From the NCBI GenBank assembly GCA_025558095.1, contig JAIVFI010000016.1:372001-436000 (forward strand): a stretch of 64,000 nucleotides of DNA. The letters run 5' to 3'. Of this stretch, positions 52,432-64,000 are shown piece by piece. The position numbers and the translations under genes were made by a program. The notes beneath the pieces were generated by a model that worked only from the letters and a program-made list of their open reading frames with translations, searched no databases and was not told where the DNA came from. Source of the DNA: Hyaloraphidium curvatum SAG 235-1. Lineage: Eukaryota; Fungi; Monoblepharomycota. Numbering within the stretch: position 1 is the stretch's first letter; every line of letters begins with the position of its first letter.

Positions 52432-52736
52432 GGGACACTCTTCCCGCCTTGGGCGCGGGCTGACGTCCATGGATGACGATGGCCCGCTTACTCTCTTAGA
52501 CCCTCGCAAGGGACCGGTTTCCCTGCCACTCTATATCCCTGATATCAGTACAATCATCAGAACAACCATCGCATCCACAACAACCCGGCGTTCCGTGCGC
52601 TCGGGCTTTGTCCCAGTGGTATCGTCAATTCCGCCAATTTCCAGTCACACACACCGTGCCAAAGCAACCCAGATTCAGTTTTCGCCTGTCCGCAGGCAAA
52701 AGCACCACGGGGCGACCGTCCGAGCACCTCTTGTCG

Positions 52737-55700
52737 TCAAAAATTCTGATCTTCGAGAAGATAGACCTGAGTCGTCGTGTCAGTCATGCGTCGGCCAGCG
52801 CTCGGACACCAGTCTCACCTGCAGCACCTTTTTCAGCACGTCCAGCGACACCGGCTTCGTCAGCACATCGTCAAACGCCGCAGACAGCTCGTCCGTCTTC
52901 TCGTAGGCCGTGAGCCCGATGATGGGGGTCCGCTGATTCGTTCCGGCCACGGACTTGATGACGTGCGCGGCCTGGTCCCCTTGCACTGGGAGCAGGGCGT
53001 GATTAGAGTGCAACAAAGTTCCGTACGAGGCCACAACACATACTCTCGGGCATGATGATGTCGAGGATGATGAGGTCGAACTTCACATCGCCCGATGCGG
53101 CGTGGACGGCGTCCGCGCCGTTGGGAACCACAACGCAGAGCCCACCGAGCTTGTTGAGCTGCGTTTCGATGATCTTCGCGCTGATCACGTTGTCCTCCGC
53201 GACAAGGATGTTGAACGTCCGACCGAAGGGGGTGAGAATCTTCTTGGCGGTGCCGGCCCGGCCCAGAGTCTTGCGTTCGGGCTTGCCTTCGGGCGAGGAG
53301 CGCCCGGACTGCGCGGCACTCGGCGTCGCGGCGGCACCCGGAGCTGTAGACACAACCTTCCCCACCGCATCCCCGGCGCGGATCGGCCGCCCTTCGGCCG
53401 CCGTCGTCGCCGACGAGATGCTCGTCGAACCCGATCCGCGGCGCTCGCGTTCCGCCGGCTGCTGGCTTCCAGACCGTGACGGGACCAAGGAGCCCGTAGG
53501 AATCTTGGGAGAGGGCGTCGAGGAACCGGCGCGGTCGTCCTGATCCATGGCGAGATCGGGCAGGCTAGGGTCCGTGGAAGACCGGTGCGCACCCTTCCCG
53601 AGGGGCAGGGGTCCATCGGCGCTGTTGAAGGATAAGGTGCGCTGCCGGCCCCCGAGGCGGATAGAGCTGCTCGTGAGGGTCCGTCTCCGCGTCTTAGGGG
53701 GCGAGGCGCTCATCATCATCTCCGACTTGATCTTCTCCACCTGATCCGTGTTCGCCTTCTCCAAGAGCGGCAGGTTCTTGAAGCTGAAGGCACCGAAATC
53801 CGCGCCGTCTTCTCCGGCAAAGGGAGCCACTTCGTCCGGCAGCACCCTTCCATCCTTGCGAGCTGGAGGCCCCCCGTCTTCCTCCGAAAGCTTCTTCCCG
53901 GCCGCGCCCCGGTCGTCGAAGTAATAGGTGTCCTCGACATTGGCTGGCTTCGGCACGAAGCTTGTCTCGTTGGAGTGCAGCGAGTCCCAGTTAATGTCGG
54001 CGAACCACGGGTGCGCCTTGATCTCCGCAGCGCCGTTGATCCCGAGCCGTTCTTCAACCTTCGTGCACATCAGCCGCTCCATGAAGTCCCGAGCTTCCGG
54101 CGAGACGTCGACCTCATCCTCGTGCCAGTCGATGTTCCGCTGGAGTATGTTCTCGAACACCTGCTGCGGCGTCGGCGCATGGAAAGGAGGAACACCGTAG
54201 AGGAACTCGTACGTGATCACCCCCAATGCCCACTGGCGAGATTGTGCAGCTTAACGTTAGAGAGATGCCCGCCTTGAAGCAACCGCGACTCTGTGGAACC
54301 CACCCAATCGACGCTAGAGTCCTGACCGAGGCCAAGGATGGATTCCGGAGCGAGATAGTCGGGGGTGCCCACGAAACGGTTGGCATCTCCCGCACCAGAT
54401 CCCGTCTGCTCCTCTGTTGCAGTTGAGGATCTTCCAGGGAGGCTCGAGGTCGACGCCGCAGTAGGAATCCCTGTGAAGTAGAGGCCCGGTAGGGCCTCGA
54501 CCGATGACGAGCCGGACGAGACGGTGCTGGCGATGGAGCTCCGGCGGCTGTGGCTCCTCAGATGCGGGAAATTGCTCAACGGGAACGCGTTGGGTAAAGA
54601 CAGCGCCGCCCCTGCCGCGGAGTTGAAGTTTCCCAAAGTCGGAGTCGTCGGCGTGACGGCTTTTGCGGGCTCGCTTGTGGTCGGGCTGTTCATGCTGGGC
54701 ACTGCGGCAGGGTTGAACCCCTGGCGGCGCCCAAGGAAGCCGACCCGCGAGAGACCGAAATCGGTGAGCTTGAGGTGGCCATGCTGGTCGATCAGAAGGT
54801 TGTCTGCGAAAGGAACGCAATCAGATGGCAGTTCGCATCCCTGCAGGAAATGCAAACCTGGCTTGAGGTCGCGGTGGATGATGCCCCTCGCGTGCAGGAA
54901 CTCCAAACCCACGACCACCTCGGCTATGTACTGCTTTGCCCACTTCTCGTCGAGCGCGCCCATGACCTTGACGAGGGCTGCGCAGTCGCCGCCGTTCAGG
55001 TATTCCATGACGAGATAGAGATTGTCCTTCGTCTGGAACGAGAAGTAGAGCTTGACGACGAAGTCCGAATCCAGCTGGGTCAGGATCATCCGCTCGTTTC
55101 GGATGTTTGTGACCTGATTCTTGGCCACCATGTCGCTCTTGCGCAGGACCTTGATAGCGTAGTAGTCCCCCGTGACCCTCTTCTTGGCTAAGTACACGGA
55201 TCCGTAAGCTCCTTTGCTGATGGGCTTGATGATGTCAAAGTCCTTGATGCTGGGCTGCGACCGCGCCAAAGCGCTGAGCGGGGTTGTTGCCGAAGGCGGG
55301 GTACGGACATAGTCGTCCCGAAGGCTGAAACGCGCTGACTGCGGCGAGCTGCTGAAGTCCGAGTCCCCCGTCCGAAGAGGGTCCAAAATGCCGGCCCGAG
55401 AAGCTCGACGCGACCTGCCGTGGAACTGGATCGCGGGAGATCGCCCGTCTTCCACATCGCTCGACGGGTTCAGGCTCAAATGATCCATGTCCAAGTCCGT
55501 GGTGCTAGCCGGGGTGCGATCTCGGCGACGGACCATCGCCTCGAAGGGCTGGGTGCTAGAGGTGCCGCGTGAGGCGACAGACTCCTTGTCATCCTCCTCC
55601 GAATCCGACAGCCTCATCGAGTGGCGCAGACTCGATGCTCCCCGACGGCCACGACGGCCCAGCTCCGATTCCGACGTCGACTTCGGCATCTGGCTCCTGC

Positions 55701-58700
55701 TCGCGGGGTCGCGATCAATGCTGGACGTGCTGGAACGTCCGCGGAAGACAGGGGATACAGGTGCGCCAGCGGTCGCCCCAAAGAGCGACGGGGCATCGTC
55801 CGACACGTTCGTTAGTGCAGAGACAAGCTCCGGACGGGCTTCGTTGCCCGCCGGATCCAGAAGAGCGGAAGTCGTTCGGTCCCGGTCCCCGTTTTCGTCC
55901 GCGGAGCCACCGTACTCGGACTCGCTCGTACGGAACAGCTCCATCTCCAGATCCTCCTTAAGCTGCTCCTCCGCGCGAACGAGGACCCTCATCTGGGACA
56001 CTGCCCGCTGCATCTTTTCGCACGCTTCCATCTTCAGCCTGACGGTCGTTTCCACGCTCTTGGAGAGATTGTAGAGATCCAGGCCGATCCCGTATGTGCC
56101 ACTTTCAACGGAACCGCTGTCCACGAAGCCGCTGAACTCCTGCGCCGGGATGGCAGGGCTGCTTCCCAAGGTGGGCCAGGACGCCTTGACGCCGAAGCCG
56201 TCGGGCCCATGCGAGTGAGCCAGTTCGAAGCTGGGCAAGACCGGCGAAGTGGGTGACGTCGGAGCCAAGGAGGGCGAGCCCGACCAACCCGAGAGTCCAA
56301 AGGGATCGAGGGCAGAAAAAGGCGTGAACCCGGGCGGGGGGCTAAACTCCTCGGCCTGCCCAGGGTGCCATTGCAAGAGGTAGGAGAGCTCCGGGACTGT
56401 CCGAGCAACGTACGAGGATCCGGGCACTTCATCGGCAATATTTCCCGATCCGCTCGGCGATCCCGAGTGCTCCAACTGCACCGCAATCGAAGGGATAATG
56501 TTGCCCGAACTCTGAGTTGCCGACAGATTGCCAGACGACAGGGAGTCCGAAGCCAAATGACCGCTCTCCGGGCGCACCAGACCGAGCGGGTCGTCCTGAA
56601 TGATCCGCGTGTCCCTCGGACTAAACATCTCATCCGCATCGTAATCCCCGTCCGGTGTTGGGATGGCGGCGCAATCGTCGATAATCCTTGCGAGGTCATT
56701 CGCCCGTCCAAGAAGCTTCCTGAAGTAGGGAATGAGATGCACGTTCGTGCCCGCGGCATCATGCCCGCGGAAAGCGGAATCAGTGCCTGAGCTGAAGGGA
56801 GGAGATCCGCCGGGTGTGCCAGGGTCCACCTGCAAGTCGATGACGGGAATCCCGAGGCCTTGGGCTTCCGCCAGCTCCAAGTCGAGCTCTTCGTGCAGCG
56901 CACGCTGAATCAGCTGAAGGCGCACCCGGTACTCCTTGAGATCCTCGTTGCACTGGGCGATCTCGTACTCCGCCCGATGAACCTCGACGCACGAGTTCGA
57001 ATGCTCCTCAAACACTTGCGGCGGCACTTTGCGGTCGCAGACGTGGCAAAGCACCATCTCCAAGGTGGGAAACGTGCGCTCGGCACGGAACTCCATCTCC
57101 GATTCGCGCGATTCACCAACGACGGCTTCGTCGGCGACCGTGCCAGCCTCGGCGGCGGACGCAGATTCCTCCTGGTTCGGAGACGCCGAGCGCTTTGGGG
57201 TAGTCGCGTGATGCCGCGGAGAGAGGTCCGCTTCGTCGTCCCCCAGGTCGCCTGCATCGTCAGCGGCCGCCCGGCTCGACCCCGCCGACTTGACGCTGGC
57301 GGCATCCGCCGCGGACGCGTCAACCTTTTCCGACTCCCTGTCCACGTTCTCCCAGCCCGCCCCGACGAGGCCGACGGGCTTCGTGACCCAAAAGATGCTC
57401 TTTGCGCTGCCGGTTGCCTTGTCGGTCATCCGCACACCGTTGGCGACCATGTCCATCCAACGACCGTCCTTCCGGATAGCACGGTACCTGATCTCCATGC
57501 TGATGCGGTCGCCCGAGGTGTAGAGCGTCCGCATTGCCGAGATGAAAGCTCTGTGCGCCATTTCCGGCGCGAAGGGCGGCCTGCCCTGTCCGACAATCTC
57601 CGAGACCTCGTAGCCGAAGACCTCGGAGCAGCTCGGCGACACGTACAAGCATTCACCAGTGTCCAAGCTCATTTCCAGGAGCACGGTCAAGTTCTTGGAT
57701 TCTTCAGTCGCGGCATTCAGATCCATCGAGCTCCACTGCTGAGCAACGCTTGCCGGGGCGGCCGGCGGCTGACTCGGCGCCTCCTTCTTAACCACCGGCA
57801 TCGCGTCCACCGTTTTGGGCGAGGTCACTATGGCCGGGCTTTCGGAACCCTCGGCGCTGACGACGCTCGCAAAGCTCGTCCGCCGATCGTTCAGAGATCC
57901 CGTTCTGCCTCCCGGGAGCAGGGGTCCCGAAACTCCCGGATGGCCCGGCCGTGTCCCCACCTGTTGGCCAACAAGGTATCCCCACCAGCGCTCGTCCTCA
58001 CCCAGCTGTTCCACAACCCGCGCAACGGAGGCGAAAGCCATGAGCAACCTGATCACGTACGGCTTGCACGGCCATGTTGGATGTGCGTCCCACATCTGCT
58101 GGAGGTTCCTGATCTCGTCGATCGTCGCTCTGACCCGTTTTGCATCGGCCATGAGCGCCGCGGGGTCCATCTCCAGCACGCGCTGCGCGACTGATATGAG
58201 CTTGGACAATGATTCGTCGAAAAGACTGGGCTCGGCCGCCTCCAGAAGCGGTCCAAGTTCACCAGACGGCGAGCCGGAGAGGTACGAGCGCGAGCCTTTG
58301 CCCGGGCTGCCGCCCTCGGCAAGTTTGCGGCCGTACTCTAGCGGATCCACGATGCGGGATGTCGAGCCAGACAGCGCGTACCGCGGCGGAGACGAGCCAA
58401 GCGACTCGAGGCCGACGTTCTGTCTCCCCGACATTGAATTGTTGGAGCTCGTGCGACGGTGGTGGAAATCCACAGGTAGCGCGTTCGCACCGGCCCTCGC
58501 CACCCGCGAGTTGGCGTCCCGCTCCACGAATTCCTGCAGCGCAGAGACGACCCGGTGCACTTCGGCATCGCATGCCGCCTTGGCAATCCGCAGCCCCGCC
58601 TTGAGCTCGGAAAAGGTCTTGACAAAGTCGCCCAGATCGCCGTCCGAAAGCGTCCTTCGAACCGGCGGCAGCGAACCGTCCGCGCCCTCGAGGGGAGTGT

Positions 58701-59604
58701 CCGGCGTACCGGGCTCGGATGCCTCCGAGCCGTTTGGCTCCGGCGCCGCCGATTTCCGCACCGGGCTGCTGGGCGGGGGCGAGCTCCGCTGCAGGCCCGG
58801 CGACCCCGCTCGGTATATCCGGCGCTGCGGAAGCAGTCCCGGGCTCGAGGTCACGGAAGTCCTGTGCGCCGGCGGCCCCGAAGCCCCTGCCGCGCTCCCC
58901 GGGCGGCCCGCGCCCAGGGGCGACTCGGATCTCGTCGAAATGCCGTCCGAGCTCAGCGCTTCGTCGTCGAAAAAGAAGACAGGGGAAGGGGATCGCAGGA
59001 CCTCCATCATGTTTTCGGCGACGAGGGTGGGCTTGAGGCTGGGAGATTCGCCTCCGACGCCTGCGAACAGCGGAGACCGCGCGTCTCGCGGGTTCCCCGC
59101 GGTATCAGGCGCAGCCGCATCCGGCGTCAAGTCCAAGAACGGGAGGTCCACGAACGGGTTGGAAACCAGCTGAGGGGTCCACCGGAAGCTCTTGGCAGCG
59201 CGGGATTCCATCAGCATGAGCGCATGCGCCTGTACCGAGACCGTCAATGCCGATGACGGCACGGGGAACGTCCGAAACCTTACCTCTCCTCCGCGTCCCC
59301 TGCGGTTGCTGGGCAGACTGGTCTTTCTCGCGTCGATGGTGCTGCCGCTCGCACTAGCGGACGGCGGACCGCCGGGCCGGTCATCCAACGCCGCGAGAAG
59401 CGACGCCGATGCGAGACTGCCGCTCGCCGGAACGTAGCTTGGCTTCCGCCGCGGCGGAATGGCGCGGGCAAAGTTGGGGCGAGCTTCTGGGGTGGCTGGG
59501 GAGGTCGAGCTGGGAGAGGGGCTGTCCACCGTAAGCGTGAAAAGGTCGGGTGCGGCAGACCGGGTTCGCGGCCGGCGTTGGCGTTCTGTGTGGGGCACCG
59601 ACAT
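52737..59604 (-). CDS. RIM15: Rim15/Cek1-type AGC kinase (PAS, Zn finger, split kinase domain, C-terminal receiver), multi-exon; 5' end may extend to 60929
   Basis: PAS (YVSPSCSEVFGY), CHVCDRKVP..FEEHS..C, PSIKDFDIIKPISKGAYGSVYLAKK, VMEYLNGGDC, HLKLTDFGLS, long insert then FVGTPDYLAPE, REC domain; stop at 52737 after a last intron. Confidence 0.95.
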
Positions 59605-59670
59605 CAGCTTCTCGCCGGCAACAGCCAGAGCGACAACCCACGCTCGGTCACCCGACCCAAGGGCGAGGCG

Positions 59671-60929
59671 CTACTGCGCTTGACGACTTCCTGGTGGGGA
59701 AGAGGACCGCTGGCTCCACGCGATAGCGGGCGCCGGCCGGGCGTTTGACTGCCAGCCTCTGGTGCCTGCAGGTGTGCCGCCCGCGAATACGGTGCGGCCG
59801 TGGTCCCCGTGCGCGTCGCCGGGCCGTGGTTCCCGAGAAGGAGTACGTTCGGGCAAGAGGTGGAAAGGGCCAAGAGCTTGGCTGGAAACTCGGGTGCGGG
59901 TTTTCCGAGGCCGGCGCTGTGAGGAATCCTCGTCTGCGACGTCAGGGGCGGTTCCGTCGTCGAGGAGAGTGGCGGATTTCTGAAGTTCGAAAGCCATTAG
60001 CTCTCGTGCCGTCCAGCAGCCACTGGCTACAGCGTTACCGACCTCTCGGAACGTTGGCTCAAGGTCCCGCTAGAGCTCCCCTCGGCCGACACAACGTTGG
60101 AAAGCGACGACGGTCCCGGCGGGGCGCGTCGAAACGGCGGATTTTCGGCATTTCCTGATCGCAGCAGATTCGACCCCGAATGTTCCTGCGCGGTCACCGA
60201 GCGCGGCGAAGACCCCGACGAATCGCTCTCCCCTCCGGAACCCGTCGCCGCAGGCGGAGCTCCCTGTCCCGGAGGCCTGGCCACTGAGCGCGACATCCGC
60301 CTCAGGGGCATCGGGTGCGGTATGGGGATGGGCCGCACGGTCGCGGGGGACTCGGTGACCGACGCCGAGGCCGACGCCGACGATGCAGACGAGACCGAGG
60401 CGGAGCGCTGGCCCCACTGCGGAAACTCCCGCCCGGTGTTGATCGTGAGCGAGGGCGAGTCCGGGCCCGAGCGTTCCGAGGAGAAGGAGGTGGCCGGCTG
60501 GCCGATCGCGCCCGGGGAGGCATGCACGGGGGCGTCGAACAGGGCGGGGCCGCGGACGCCGGCCGGGAACGACCTCGCCAGGTAGTCCGCCGAGGCGTCC
60601 CACGAGTCCTCCGGCCTGTTTGCGGCGTACGAGTAGCCGCCCGAGCCGTGCCCCGAGCCCTGCCCCGATCCCGAGCCCGAGGCGTCCATCGCCGGGAAGA
60701 AGACGTACGCGCCCCTGTCGCCATCGGCGTCCGCGCCCGGCCGCGACAGCTTGCGGAAGCCCGCGGGCAGCGGCGAGCCGGGGGCGGCGCGGCGCGGCTC
60801 CGCGTCGTCCTCGTCGGCCGACGCGCGCAGTGGCGACCCCGCGATGGGCGACAGCGCGCCGCCCGCGAGCGGGTTCAGCGGCGACGGCCGCCGGTCGCCG
60901 CGCCGCTTGACCTTAAAGACCGGGTCCAT
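59671..60929 (-). CDS. Ser/Pro-rich coding region, either 5' exons of RIM15 or a separate small gene
   Basis: 300-aa ATG ORF 60027-60929 with strong GC3 bias; an intron-like segment at about 59980-60038 links it to ORF 59671-59997; the join to 59604 is unresolved. Confidence 0.5.
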
Positions 60930-61428
60930 TGCGGCTAGCCCGGCCCAGGAGCGGCACTCGCGGCCATTGGAGGAGGCCGAGATATGGAATTCACGGCTCT
61001 AGACCCGATCTCGAACCACATAAACCTTTAGCCAACCACTCCTCGCTGCCTCCCCCGAAAAAGAGGCACGGCCGTGAGCATTCGGGTGCTCGCCGCGCTG
61101 GTTTTGCGGTCTGCCCTGTTTCTGGGCCACTGGCCGCTCCTCCAGGCCGGGACGCCCGGTCAATCGGGCTGCCGCGCCGGACACCGCTTTTGCGCACTCC
61201 CCCGCCTTGTGCTCCCTCCAGGAGCGGCTCTTCGCGACCCTTGGCTCTGGGCAGGCCTCCCGTGAGCAGCACGAGCAGGTCTGTAGGGGGCGACCGTTGC
61301 CGCACGAGCCTCGGAGGCCAAATATTGCGTTCCCTGCTCGATCTCCTCCGGGATTGACTCGCCGAGTGGACGGGAAGCTCTGTCGACTGTTTGGGACTGT
61401 GGACGCATCTTTGGAGTCCTAACGGAAG

Positions 61429-62997
61429 ATGAGGCACGAAAAGAAAAAGAAAGTGCAAAATGCGGCCGCGGGCCAGGCTTCTGGCGCGTCCGCCGACGCG
61501 GGCGTCGACGCTGCCGGCGAGCCGGCAACCCGTTACCATTGCGACAATTGCACGGCGGACCTCACCGACGTCGTCCGCATCCGCTGCGCCGTGTGCGACG
61601 ATTTTGACCTCTGCGTGCAGTGCTTCTCCAAGGGTGCCGAGCCCGCGGGGTTCAAGCACTCCAACGACCACGACTACCACGTCATGGAGGTCCTGGACTT
61701 TTCCATCTTCTCGCCCGATTGGGCCGCGGACGAGGAGCTGGCGCTCGTCGAGGGCTGCGAAAAGTTCGGGCTGGGCAACTGGGAGCAGATCGCCGAGCAC
61801 ATCGGGACAAAGACAAAGGAGGAGGTCGACAGGCACTACCGCGAGGTCTACCTCGCCGCCGAGGATCAGATGCCGCCCATGGACCGCGATTTCGACAAGG
61901 AATCGAACCGCAAGGAGCTCCGAATACAGGCCCAGGAAAAGGCGGCGAAGCAGGCGGAGATGCGGAAGATTCCCAAGATGCAAAAGGTGGGAAACGCGCT
62001 CATAGGCGTCGATCGGTGTCCGGCTCACCCCGTGACCGCGTGCAGCCCCTTGCATCGACGCCGACGGTCCACGAAGTCGCAGGCTACATGCCGGGGCGCA
62101 TGGAGTTTGAGCACGAGGCGGAGAACGAGGCCGAGGGTCCCGTCAAGGACATGGTGTTTGACGACCCCGTGGACGGCGACGAGGAGCTCAAGCTGGCCGT
62201 GCTGGACATTTACAACGACAAGCTCGCGATACGCGACGAGAGGAAGGCGCTGATCTTCGAGAGGGGCTTGCTGGACTTCAAAAAGATACAGACGCAGGAG
62301 CGCCGACGGTCAAAGGAGGAGAAGGACATGATGTTCCGCTTCAGGGCGTTTGCGCGGATGATGACCAAGGAGGACTTTGAGTTTGCGGAGCGGAACTTTA
62401 CCAGTGGGGTTGACGGCATTCGAAGGGTTACTCCGCTGACCGACCTCTTGCTTGGCAGCCGAGATCGAGCTTCGCAACCGCATTGCCCAGCTGCAGGAGT
62501 GGCGGAGGATGGGCGTGACCACCGCTGCGCAGGGGCTGCAGTACGAGAAGGAGAAGGGTCTTCGGCAGCAGCAGCGGGGCAACGCGGGCTCCCTCATCAG
62601 CTCACGCATGCCTCCTCGCCCCATAATTGCCACGCCGGACCTGGGCCAGTTCACCCCGCGCGCCTCTCCCACACCTTCGGCTGTGCTCGCGGCGACCGCT
62701 GCCGGCCACAACCGCAGCCGGCCGGCGCCTGCCGCCCTGGACCTCGCCAACGCCGAGGGCCTGGAGCTTCTCTCGGAATCCGAGGTCTCGCTGTGCTCGA
62801 TGCTCCGCATCATGCCGCACGCGTACCTCGCCATCAAGGACAAGATGATTTCCGAGTGCCAGCGCCTGCAGGGGCTGCGGAAGCGCCAGGCGAGGGAGCT
62901 CATCAAGATCGACGTCAACAAAACGTCGCGGTTGTGGGACTTTTTCCTCGAGAGCCGGTGGATTTACCTGCCGAAAGAGGATTTGGTTCCGACGTAG
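61429..62997 (+). CDS. ADA2: SAGA/ADA transcriptional adaptor Ada2, multi-exon
   Basis: ZZ finger YHCDNC..RIRCAVC.DFDLCVQCF, SANT WAADEELAL..G...GLGNWEQIA, GYMPGRMEFEHE, SWIRM LIKIDVNKT. Confidence 0.96.
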
Positions 62998-63164
62998 CCG
63001 GACTTGGGGGACACATGCGGGAGGGCAGCCGTATGGCTTATTCTTGAACATGGCGGACGCGAGGGAGGGGCTAGGGCACAGTGTAGCTACGGACACGGCA
63101 TCAATGGACGATTTCTGGCGATTTCGGACGGGGTATGGCCGTGGGATGGGGCAGGTACTCGGCA

Positions 63165-63971
63165 TTAAATGCTTCTGCGGACCTCAAAGAACCGCTTGAG
63201 GTAGTAGACCTGCCACAAGCAGACCGCAGTGAGGGTTGCCGACTCGAAGAGAGACCACCACATGACGCGCGAGTTGGTGGACTCGGCAGCTGCAGGGAGT
63301 GGTGTCAATGGTTGCCCACACAAGCCCTGTCGCTCGAGAAACTCACTGGCCTGGTGCGTCCTTTCGCGGGCCATCATGTAGGCCTGCTCGTCGCGGATCG
63401 ACCGGAGCCCGTCGGCCAGCATGCGGATTTCCGATTCCAGCGGAGTCACGGCTGGGGATGCGGAGTGAGTCCGGGCCGTCAAGACGACATTCGGGCAAGC
63501 CCACCGTCCGTGTTGTCTGCCTGCTCCATTTTCATCGAGATCGTGCTGCGCTCGTCCGGGCCCATGACGGAGAACGCGACGGTCTTGTCGCTGACCGACG
63601 ACATCTGGTTGCTGAAGCAGTACGTGTACTTGCCGTCAGTCTCGGCCACCACGCCGTACGTGGCCGTCGATTGCCGAAACACCGAGTACAGCAGCCGGTC
63701 GTCCGGCGAGGACACCTGCAGGGAGCAGTCGGCGTCGGTGCCACGGCCATGTTCCGGGTGAACGCGGCACACCCACCCAAAAGTCGATGTCCAAGCTCCC
63801 GCCGGAGCCGACCTCGAAGCTCAGGTCCAACCGGTCGCCGCGATCCAGCTTGTCCCAGAAGCACTGCTTCTCCTGCGGCCGCAGCTTTATCGAAAACGTC
63901 GAGAACGCGTCGCCGACGCGCGCGAGCCCGAGGAGCGCGGCCGCGAGGAGGGCCAACGCGGCAAAACGCAT
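63165..63971 (-). CDS. EMP24: p24/Emp24 GOLD-domain cargo receptor, multi-exon
   Basis: Signal peptide, QCFWD...FEVGSGGSLDIDF, GKYTYCFSNQMS, EQAYM.ARERTH...AESTNSRVMWWS, QVYYLKRFFEVRRSI. Confidence 0.93.
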
Positions 63972-64000
63972 GGCCGGCGAGGAATGTGCGCCGCCAGCGC

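Noticed and set aside
58365-58374. 10-nt match (AGCCAGACAG) to the putative omegaRNA guide inside RIM15
   Set aside because: Too short to distinguish from chance.

Overview
A GC-rich, very gene-dense eukaryotic window with many short (~50-65 nt) GT-AG introns. The gene set (intron-split SPT6, COX4, ATG2, AIP1, an HDEL-ending GRP94, cactin, RIM15, ADA2, a membrane class III cyclase) suggests an early-diverging, chytrid-like fungus; this taxonomy is inference. About 19 protein-coding genes are present, mostly housekeeping genes in tight head-to-head and tail-to-tail pairs. The standout is a ~8.65 kb insert (about 29201-37851) between TSR1 and a Myb/SANT (Rrn5-like) gene. Removing 7-8 hand-predicted introns joins its scattered ORFs into one ~2,650-2,710 aa reading frame. 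That frame has an N-terminal IS630/Tc1-mariner-type HTH-DDE transposase, central zinc fingers and a C-terminal Fanzor (eukaryotic TnpB-like) RuvC nuclease with apparently intact catalytic residues. It is followed by three hairpins (two GNRA-capped; candidate omegaRNA) and bounded by degenerate inverted repeats. All exon structures were deduced by eye, so gene ends are approximate where stated, and no database search was run.
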